The position numbers and the translations under genes were made by a program. Shown one piece after another: positions 53,930-64,000 of a DNA stretch of 64,000 bases. Source of the stretch: Octopus vulgaris (lineage: Eukaryota); assembly GCA_951406725.2 (NCBI GenBank), contig OX597814.1:222208001-222272000 (forward strand), read 5' to 3'. The notes beneath the pieces were generated by a model. The model saw nothing but the letters and a program-made list of their open reading frames with translations, searched no databases and was not told the origin of the DNA. Within the stretch, counting starts at the first letter, position 1. The number at the start of each line of letters is the position of its first letter.

Positions 53930-54368
53930 ACATGCATACATACATATACATATATACAGCTTATATGTATATAAGGGCAGGTGAATTAGTAAACAGCGTA
54001 GCGAGTGATCAAAAGTAGATTCATGAAACCTTTCAACAAGAAGTGTAATGTAGCATCTGTCGATGAGAAAGAAGACGTAAATAATAGGGCAAGTCAATTC
54101 CGAGAAGGTCTGTATAGGCTTGGCATTTTATCCAGGGACATGGACAGCTTGACATCTGCATTTTATCCAATGCGTCTACACCCGAAGGACCCAACAATGA
54201 GACACGTACAAGGATACGCCTTCATTAATGAAACATCCCCGGGAGTAAATAGGACATATGCATAGAACGTGTCATACCCCAATACCCAAAGTTTATATAT
54301 ACACAGTTAGCGTTGATAGTAGATCGTGGCGTGTGTGGGTGTGTGTGAATGTGTATGTATATAAATAT

Positions 54369-54413
<45 letters not shown>

Positions 54414-55051
54414 GGTGGGTGTATGTATATATATGTAGGTAAATGGATAGGTAATGGAGAAGTGGATATACGGATAGATAGGTACATAGGTAATGCGGAC
54501 AGACAGGCACACACACATACATATATGCATGCATACATGCATACATACATACACATACACATACATACATACATACATACATAAATACATATAAACATAC
54601 AAATGAAAACTGAAACACATGACCATATACACACACGCACACTTCACACAAGCCCATATACACACACACAAAAATATGCACACACAGAGAGACAGAGGTA
54701 CACACACATACACACACAAGCACATGTATATACAGAATACATACACACATATATACACAAACGAGCACACATGCACACATATATGCATAAACGCACACAC
54801 ACATGCATACATATATATAGATATATATGCATACACAGACACATACATGCACATACAAACATACATACATACATACATACATACATACATACATACATAC
54901 ATACAAGCATATATATATAACACAAGTTTATATCATCTGCTCCCAACGCGCATTTCACCATTATGGTTGTCTGCAAGATCTGCATTCGATGATCCAATGC
55001 CTATTGCATGTTGATCCACCGCCTATTATCGAGGAGCATTATAGTATTGTG

Positions 55052-55650
55052 TGAAGACGGCGCGCTGCTTCGCGGTAAATGCTTAGCGGTGTTTCGTCTG
55101 CCGTTACGTTCTGAGTTCAAATTCCGCCGAGGTCGACTTTGCCTTTCATCCTTTCGGGGTCGATAAATTAAGTACCAGTTACGCACTGGGGTCGATATAA
55201 TCGATTTAATCTATTTGTCTGTCCTTGTTTGTCCTCTCTGTGTTTAGTCCCTTGTGGGTAGTAAAGAAATAGGTATTTCGTCTGCCGTTACGTTCTGAGT
55301 TCAAATTCCGCCGAGGTCGACTTTGCCTTTCATCCTTTCGGGGTCGATAAATTAAGTACCAGTTGCGTACTGGGTCTATCTAATCGACTGGCCCCCTCCT
55401 TCAAAATTTCTGGCCTACTGCCTAGAGTAGAAAAAGATTATAGTATTGTGCGAAGGCGGGGAGCTGCTTCATGGTAAATGCTTAGTGGTATTTCGCCTGT
55501 CATTACGTTCTGAGTTCAAATTCTGTCGGGGTCGACTTTGCTTTCATCCTTTCGGGGTCGATGAATTAAGTATCAGTAGTGTATTGGAGTCAATCTAATC
55601 GACTGGCCCCCACCCCCAAAATTTTGCGCCTTGTACCGAGAGTAGAAAAG
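55052..55650 (+). mobile_element. Tandem SINE family B copies separated by a repeated 14-bp target sequence
   Basis: Three gttacgttctgagttcaaattc..catcctttcggggtcgat cores; ATTAT(A/T)GTATTGTG at 55038, 55437, 55651. Confidence 0.9.
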
Positions 55651-56218
55651 ATTATTGTATTGTGCTACACAGATCCAAGTATTTACATAAATATTTGTTT
55701 GTGAATGTGTGTTTTTGAGCGTTTGTGAATATGTGTGTATGTGTGTGTGCGTGTTTGTGAATGTGTGTGTGTTTCGCGCACGCGCGTGTGTATGAAGGAA
55801 AGATTTTAAAGTGATAAACAAATAAACGTTTATAAAATGTAAGTCAGTTGTCAGAAACGTCACGGATTGCGTCTTTCTATCTAGAGTGAAGGTTTCGCAT
55901 TGTGTTCTTAGCCATCAAAATAAATTTCACCGGGATATTAAAGCCTTTGGTGCTATGGCTGATAAATAAACACATCACTATATCTCTCTTACATTACGGA
56001 AAACGAGTTGCCGGAACATCTTAACTCTGTAAGATTGACACAAGTGACAGCCTGGCATCGCCAAATGAGTGGATGGAATGCCATCGCACAAAGCCTAACA
56101 ACACTAGATTGATGTTTATGGTTTCTCTTTCTCTCTTTCGCTTTCTCCTTCTCTCTTTTCCTTCCCATCCTCCCCTCCCTCTCTCTCTCTATGTAACTAT
56201 CTATCTCTCTGTAAGAAC

Positions 56219-56282
<64 letters not shown>

Positions 56283-57120
56283 GAGCTCTAAATAGGCGGA
56301 TACAGTATATGTGTTTTTGCTGCGTGTGTATGCTTATATATCTACGTATGTGTTCATTTATATTTCTGTCTGCATATGTGCGTTAGGTGTGGATTATAAA
56401 ATTTCATCTAGAAATATTTAATATTTTATACTTGATAGACCCCTGTATCGAAAGTGACTCATAAATTAAGGAAAATATTTTTGCTTCTCAATCTAGAATT
56501 CTTACTATTAAAAACGAAACAATAATTTAACGAAAACAAATTTTTGAACCGAAAACTCTCCCGTGCATACGGATATACGTGTTGTTGGTTGCTTAGAAAC
56601 AAATGCACTTTCCATAATGAAAGATGCTTCTGATATATTAATAAATATACTTATCGTGTCGACTTCGTGTAATTGATATTAATTATACAAATTCCATTGT
56701 ATCTTTTGTACTTATCTTGTTGTTAATGTTGTTCAACTGACTAATACATGAACGAAATACGTTGTAGAATGATGTTTGTTTCCGCAGCATTATTTTCATT
56801 ATTTTCTAATAATGTAATAGATATGTACTGAGAAACAGGGATAGAAAAAAAAATAGACAGATACAAAGACTGGGGAGACAGATAACCGTCTCTCTTTCTT
56901 ATTTAGGTACATGGACTGCGAGTACATTAACAGAATTAAATTTCTGAAATTGAAATTTGATTTCAGGGCAACCAGTACAATAGATACGATACCGATCAAC
57001 GTTTTTTTTACATGTATTTCGTGAAATTACAAAGTATATAGTATGCGCAGCAAAAATATTAGTAAAATTTCATATAACATACGCAAACATAGACACAAAT
57101 ATATAAACTAGCTGCTAGCA

Positions 57121-57159
<39 letters not shown>

Positions 57160-57162
<3 letters not shown>

Positions 57163-57283
57163 AGCCGAGACACCCGGCGTTACCCGGAAATGAAATTATT
57201 CCTCATATATCGGAAGTAAATGTATGTTGTATAGAATTTTATTATTCTAAATGTAATTTAGTCTTCAGCTGGGAAATCAATTT

Positions 57284-57285
<2 letters not shown>
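57160..57285 (-). mobile_element. Helitron 3'-end remnant
   Basis: Minus CCGGGTAACGCCGGG resembles the hairpin CCCGAGCAACGCCGGG of the 41149 Helitron. Confidence 0.45.
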
Positions 57286-57355
<70 letters not shown>

Positions 57356-57376
57356 TTGAACCTATTATAATTATTA

Positions 57377-57426
<50 letters not shown>

Positions 57427-57510
57427 GAGTGAGAAAGCAGTTCACGCCATCAAAGTGACACTGGGGTAAAATATACGAAGCCCAATATACCCATCATGAC
57501 TACCCGTCTG

Positions 57511-57567
<57 letters not shown>
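57286..57567. repeat. (AAT)n then (ATT)n arrays with an 84-bp insert at 57427-57510
   Basis: Direct reading. Confidence 0.9.
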
Positions 57568-57568
<1 letters not shown>

Positions 57569-58366
57569 TATGTTTGACTTTTGCTTTATGTCTGTACAAG
57601 TTGGCTCCAAGTCTCACCCAGAGACCTCAAGAGACAACAGGTTGGAAGTTCACGTTGTTGTTATGCCTAGTGTGCCATATATTTGTTTTTTATTGGTGTT
57701 GTACTAGTGAATGTCTAATACATACATCTTTAAAAAAAAGTTTGTTTTAAACCTTGGGATTACATAGAGAGTATTTTGCGTAGGATATGAGCAATTCCCA
57801 TGAGCACTATCTTTTGAACTTCTGCCATTTTGGGGTTTCCTGGTATCTGAGTTAGGTAGCAATCAGCCCCTTTTGCTATCATTCCCAGGGCACCTATGAC
57901 AACAGGTATTGTTTTAGTCTTCATGTTCCACATTTTGCTGATTTCTATTTCAAGATATTTATATTTGCTCAGTTTTTGGTAGGTCTTGACAGATACGTTT
58001 ATATCGATTGGGACAGTCATATCAATGAGGAGGCATGTTCTTTGTCTGAAGCCTTTCAATATGGTGTCTGGCCTATTTGCATCTATCTTTCTGTCAGTTT
58101 GAATGGTGAAGTTCCAGAGGAGTGAGATCTGGTCATTTTCAAGCACTGGAGGTGGATTGTGTTCCCACCAGTTTTTTTCATGGGGCAAATCCAAGTTTTT
58201 GCAAATTACCCACTGAATATATTGTGCAGCTCTATCATGCCTGTTGAGGTACTCTGTAGGCGCTAGAAGACTGCATTTGGAGACAACATGATCAATGGTT
58301 TCATTTTGTTGTCGACATACACGACATGTTGGGCTACTGCCGTTCTTTAATATGTTGGCCTGGTAG

Positions 58367-58368
<2 letters not shown>
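57568..58368 (-). mobile_element. 5'-truncated Dong/R4-clade non-LTR retrotransposon (CCHC knuckle, restriction-like endonuclease, 3' UTR) inserted in (TAA)n
   Basis: CRVCRQQNETIDHVVSKC..RHDR, then LWNFTIQTDRKIDANRPD..LLIDMTVP..KLSKY..IPVVIGALG; TAA repeats on both sides. Confidence 0.92.
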
Positions 58369-58420
<52 letters not shown>

Positions 58421-59220
58421 GGATTCTTGCATTATGGAGTGTATGAACCGATTTGGTATTACATCGAATGTTGAGCGATTAGGGATTTTGGAAATGGATA
58501 AATTGGTGGAGAAAGAAATGACAGAAAACTTTAAAGTGGAGTACTTGCACAGACTGAGACTGATCCTTAATGTATGGCGGAGTGGTGGACGAACATATCA
58601 GCATACGGAGAAAGTTTAGGAACAGTAGAAATTAGGAGTGGCATCTTCCGAGCGGACTGCCTGTCCCCAGTGACCTTTGTACTGTGCTTGATACCACTAA
58701 CACTGATTCTGAGGAAAGCAAAAGCTGGGTATGTATTTAAAAGCCGCCAACAAAATGTCAACCATTTGTTATTCATGGATGCCCCCAAACTTTATGGTAA
58801 AGATGAAACCCAAATCAGTCCCTTCGTTGATACGGATTATAATTTCAGTGCTGATATCAAAATGGAGTTCGGACTGAGAAAGAGTGGCGTGTTAGTCTTG
58901 AAGAGAGGCAAAATCAAATGTATGGACGGGCTAACGATACCGTCGGGGGAGGTTATGAAGCAGATAGAAGAGACGGGCTATAAGTACTTGGGATTTTGGA
59001 AATGGATAAATTGGTGGAGAAAGAAATGACAGAAAAATTAAAAGTGGAGTACTTGTGCAGACTGAGACTGATCCTTAAGTCGAAATTAGATGGACGTAAT
59101 AAGATCGAATCTATCAACACCTGGGCAGTTTCACTGCTTAGATATGGAGCAGGGGTAATCGCATGGACAGTAGACGAACGAAACAGCTTAGACAGAAAGA
59201 CATGTAATTTGCTAACTAGA
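58421..59220 (+). mobile_element. Dong/R4-clade reverse-transcriptase fragment, degenerate
   Basis: GIFRADCLSP (GIFQGDSLSP), HLLFMDAPKLY (FMDDLKLY), YKYLG, ILKSKLDGRNKIESINTWAVSLLRYGAG. Confidence 0.9.
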
Positions 59221-59409
59221 TATGTGTCACTCCTTTGACTGGGTGTGCTACCAGGTTAGGGAAATTACTTGTACGAGAAAAACTCTACAGACATGGACGC
59301 ATAGAGTACACATAATCAGGTGCCCGATCATAGTCGATATGGGAAGATATGTTGGACACATGCTGTCGTCTTACCGCCTTCTCTCTTATTAATTTTAATA
59401 TTATTTGGC

Positions 59410-59520
59410 ATTCCATCGTTTCGAAGTCGATAAAATAAGTACACTCAAGCACTGGGATCGATGTAATTGATCTACCTCCTCCCCTTAAGAAATGTTGGCC
59501 TTGTGCCAGCATTTGAAACT
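59410..59520 (-). mobile_element. Degenerate SINE B-like 3' remnant (orientation uncertain)
   Basis: gtcgataaaataagtac..gcactgggatcgatgtaattga..ggccttgtgcc. Confidence 0.4.
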
Positions 59521-60544
59521 TGAATTTCAAATGTGTCTACAAGACTAGAAAAAAACTTCCCTAAAATTTTATAAGGAGACCTATACAAAACATATTTGTA
59601 CAGGTCATTTTCAATTCGCATCCAAATCATATCCATCTTATGTGCGTATGTGACATCATTCAAAAATGGATGAATGTCTTGAAATGATAAACTTAGTCGA
59701 TATATTTTTTGTCAATGTTATGTCTAAATGTTTATTAATTATATTAACCCATGTAGAACATTTCCTAGTAACAATGTAGATTTTATTAATATCTAAAGGG
59801 AAAAACGACTATAAGAGAATAAATATTTTGTGTTTGATGTTTTTAAACTTAAAGAACAAGGATGGCGGTTTCTGCAAAACAGAAAATCAATTTTGATATT
59901 ACCTCTTCGCTGGAACCAATATTAACTTTTGCTGTTATCTGAGAGTTAAATGAAACGGTATTGTAACAGTAAAAATCTAACCTAAAAAGAAATAAAACGG
60001 CAACGACTAGGAAGAGAAACAACACCCAGTAATGGCGCAGGAAAAAGACTACGGTAACCAGATGAATAAGAAATAAAAAGCAGAAATGACAAATGCAATG
60101 AAAATACTAGCTGCAGCAAAAATGCAACACAACTAAAATATTAGCAACGACAGCAATACTAACAGAAGCTTTATTGCTGCTGCTGCTAATAATAATAATA
60201 ATAATAATAATATAATTTCAATCATTGGTGTCAACAGAAAAGTGAAACAACATTAGTTACAAGAAGCATAGTAATAATTGACACATGCTTTTAACGTGTT
60301 GATATTTGAAAAACGGTTTCACTTTGACAATGGCATGGTCATTTCGCTTTTTTTGAGAATGCTTTGATCTTCGTAGAAGAAGCTTTATTGGCAGAAATCA
60401 ATAATTAATCGAGATGACATGATGTGTTATGGTCGATTTCCGCAATAAAAGAAAATCTGAAAGTTTATTGGAAATATAATCAGATATGAAACAAATAAAA
60501 ATCAGAGTTGTTAATGACGTTGTTTTATAATAATTATAAAAACT

Positions 60545-60545
<1 letters not shown>

Positions 60546-60584
<39 letters not shown>

Positions 60585-60724
60585 TAATAATAACGATGAT
60601 GACGATGATGATGATAATGAAGATAGTGATCACGATAATAGTCATTTTTTCTGTTATTTTAATGTTTCTTCTCATTTTGTTTTAGTTTGTTCTTATAGTA
60701 ACAAAAATGATGATGATGATGATG

Positions 60725-60760
<36 letters not shown>

Positions 60761-60850
60761 GCAATAACAACAACAACAATAATAATAATAAAAGCAGTAG
60801 TATTGTTGCTGTAGCAATTATTATCATTGTTATCCTTATAGTTATTGTTT

Positions 60851-60922
<72 letters not shown>
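60546..60922. repeat. Compound (AAT)/(GAT)/(ATT) trinucleotide microsatellites
   Basis: Direct reading. Confidence 0.95.
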
Positions 60923-60923
<1 letters not shown>

Positions 60924-61221
60924 AAATTTGAGGGACAAAATCAAAGAAAAATATAAACTTCTTTTCTTCTTTCAGTTTTTCAGAAGGAAAAAAGGTTCAT
61001 CGATGTTAATTTTTGAAGATGTAATGCCAATCTGAAAATACTATTCTCTTTAAAGGAGATAGATCAAAGAATGGAAAATTTAATTTGGAGATTAACACAA
61101 AGAATTATAGGATATCATAAAAATGAAAATACAAAATTAAAAGGACACTGAGAATTATTTTTATTATCCTCACGCAATATTTTCCCACGTTCAATTATAA
61201 TTTTAGTTTCTTCTTCAACTT

Positions 61222-61400
61222 CATTATCATCATCATCATCATCATCATCATCATCTTCTTCTTCTTCTTCTGTTTCTGCTCCTCCTCCTTCTTCTTCTTC
61301 TTCTTCTTCTTCTTCTTCTTCTTCTCCTCCTCTCCTTCTTCTTTTTCTTCTTCCCCTCCTCTTCTCATCCTCCCCCCTCTTCTTGTTCTTCCTTTTCTTG
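61222..61400. repeat. (ATC)n-(TTC)n-(TCC) low-complexity tract
   Basis: Direct reading. Confidence 0.93.
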
Positions 61401-63259
61401 TAGTTATCGTTTGGTTATTATTGATAGCATTCTTAGCATTATTAATATTATGATTGTTATTGTTCTCGCCATTATTATTGTTATTATTGTTATTGCTATT
61501 TAATTAATTAATAACTAATTAAAATTAATCCTGCACATAATCAAAATTTGCATTCTGAAACCAGCGGAAAGGACTTTGGACCTTTTTATAAGCATCAATT
61601 GCCGAAATCCTCCTGAAAATTTTCATTCATATTGAGATTTATTCTCTAAATCACGCCAAATTTACTCTCATATTAGTGTCCCCACTATTTTTAATTATCG
61701 CATAGTTATGTGTTAACAATCTTTCAGAATATTACAGGCTATGAAGCATTTGTTCATTCTTTCAGTGGAGGAATTCTGTGCTTCCCAAAGTTTCCTTAAA
61801 ACTTTTCTGCATTTCGGTAAGTTTTGAATTTTGTAAATTTTGGAATAACTTTACAATCAAAGAAACCAACATAATAGTAATGAATCTGATATGAAGACCA
61901 AATATATAGTGCGTGTGTTTAACTGACAAAATATAACCATCACCGAATATAACAATATCTAGAATCACTCTTTTTCGTTTAACTCATCCAGCTTCCTGAT
62001 TCTAATTATGGGAAATTTTTTAGTAACAATGAATTCGCTTCGTCAGTTTTTTCCGTAGCTCTCAGATAATTTGTCTGAATCCTCTGCTTTTTCTTTCGTC
62101 CTTGCTATACCTCACATAGACAGGGACTCATACGCTATTAATGATTAATTATGTTAACTGAACATAATTGTTGTTACGAGATAATGCATATGATTATCAA
62201 AATTTCTGAAACGTATTCGGACTATTTTTGTACACATTTCCCCATTCCTATCCTTGTTCATTTGTTCCTATAAATTTCTAACATATTAGGGAAGAATTGT
62301 TGATCAATAATTTATCTTCTTGTCATTGTTGTTTACTTTTAGATTTTAGATCAACTTAGCAAGCCTTGGTTCAGAAGCGTTCCAGCCATGCCCATTCCAT
62401 ACTTATATTGAACACTACTTATACATTTGTACATTATTCCCAGTTCCATTACATTAAATACACTAATTTGAAATTTGGAGAGGTTTATTCTGCGATTTCT
62501 CTGAAATAGACTGACCAGTTAAAGGCTTTCTATTGGTTTCGATATGATAGTTTTCAGAAAGTTGTAAGAAATATTCAACCCTTTAAATATTTTTATCGTT
62601 TTCACATATGGCTAAATATCTTTCAACTGCTTTTCAATGAACAAACTTTTCTTTATATTTAAACCAAATTTCCTTTCTACAAAAATACATTATATCTTTA
62701 AACATTTTAATACGACAATGATTATACTTATTTTGATGTGTCACGTGACAAACATATTCGTACGCATTTAGCGTATCTCTGACACATCAAATTTCATTTG
62801 TAATTCGCTTATCATTAATTTTTGGCGTCTTAAATTTGGGAGTTAATGCTGTCGTTATGCGAATGCTAATATACTGGACATAAATATCATATTTGCGAAT
62901 AACTAGTCAATTTGCTTACGGTCAGCTGCCGCAGAGCGCTAATCAGTCACCGTACGAAGACTGAAATTTAAGAGAAACTCTCGTTCATCAGTTCGTAGCT
63001 CCAGCTTGCCTAGTGCTTGTGAACGAAGTGCATATAACTAGTCTGAAATGCTTGCATCCCACAGTCTGGATAGGTGGCGCTACGAACGGATATATTGGTG
63101 TATCACACCATTCTGTCTGCAGCGAGAAATTTTCACCGTGACAAAACGCAGTGAATGGTTTATTTACATGCATATTTGAACTGGTGATAACATTTATTTC
63201 TACACATCACTGCTTAGCCATCGCCCTCTCGCTGACAACTTGGACAAACGTATTCTGCT

Positions 63260-63500
63260 TTAGTCACGGGCCAACCAAAGCCTGGAAATTCAAAGAAGCC
63301 CGTCGTGTGTATATATATTTATATGTGTATGTGCGTGCGCGTGCCTTCATGCCTGTGCTTGACCGCCACCACCGCTTGACAATCGCTGTTGGTGTGTTTG
63401 CATCCTGGTAACCTAGCAGTCCAGCTAATAAGTATCATGCTTAACAAATGTACTGGGGTCGATTCATTGGACTAAAAATTGTCCAAGGCGGCCCCAGAGT
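63260..63500 (+). mobile_element. Diverged SINE family A
   Basis: gggccaaccaaagcc..aagaagcccgtcg..cgcttgacaa..ggtgtgttt..tactggggtcgattca. Confidence 0.7.
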
Positions 63501-64000
63501 ATTTTCGTAAAATTATTGTTTAATTGAAATTCTTCAGGTTACGTTATCCCGATATCCTAAGACTGTATTTCGCTTATTGAATTAGTCGAAATATTGTATA
63601 TTTGTATATGTAACATTGTGCGTTCTTTTAGAATTTATGAGGTCAAAGAGAGCATTGATATGTTTAGATTGAAAGTCTTGCGAGTTTTAGTATAAGAATA
63701 GACAGAGAGTATTTTATTATGCATGGACAAGGTAGGAGAAACAACATTATATTCCATGACATAGATATAGAATTGATAATTCTGACTGCACAAAAGTGAA
63801 AACTGAAGAATATGGAGGACAGGGAACCATATCAAATGTCGCGGTTGTGTATGATGTATTAGCTGAGCTAATACAACTAATACTGAATTAAAACGCAACC
63901 TATAAATTGCTAGCAGCATGACCTTCCAAGGATATAACATGAGTTATGTGAGAGGTATTCTGAGTAAAGCAATGTCAACACTTCCAAAACAGATTTATAC

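Noticed and set aside
54005-54265. 86-aa non-repetitive ORF
   Set aside because: No recognisable motif or splice signals; length compatible with chance

Overview
Eukaryotic, AT-rich, gene-poor DNA (intron or intergenic) saturated with microsatellites and transposon debris. The SINE families and the extreme (TA)n/(TATG)n/(TAA)n density point to an octopus (coleoid cephalopod) genome; that is an inference. There is no intact protein-coding gene, rRNA, bona fide tRNA or CRISPR array, and most ORFs in the track are microsatellite translations. Recognisable elements: a decayed RTE LINE with its 5' part inverted, a Penelope-like (Neptune-type) RT fragment, three R4/Dong-like non-LTR fragments embedded in (TAA)n or (TACA)n, a deleted DD37D-type mariner, a Tigger-like MITE, several non-autonomous Helitrons, many tRNA-derived SINEs of three families, a SINE-derived 165-bp tandem array and one candidate 109-bp exon. 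Most notable: (1) a 486-bp near-perfect fold-back (230-bp arms) at 35159-35644; (2) a ~205-bp TA-flanked mini-element carrying a minimal hammerhead-ribozyme-like motif with a conserved CCGA variant core, in three copies; (3) RLE retrotransposons that appear to target two different microsatellites.
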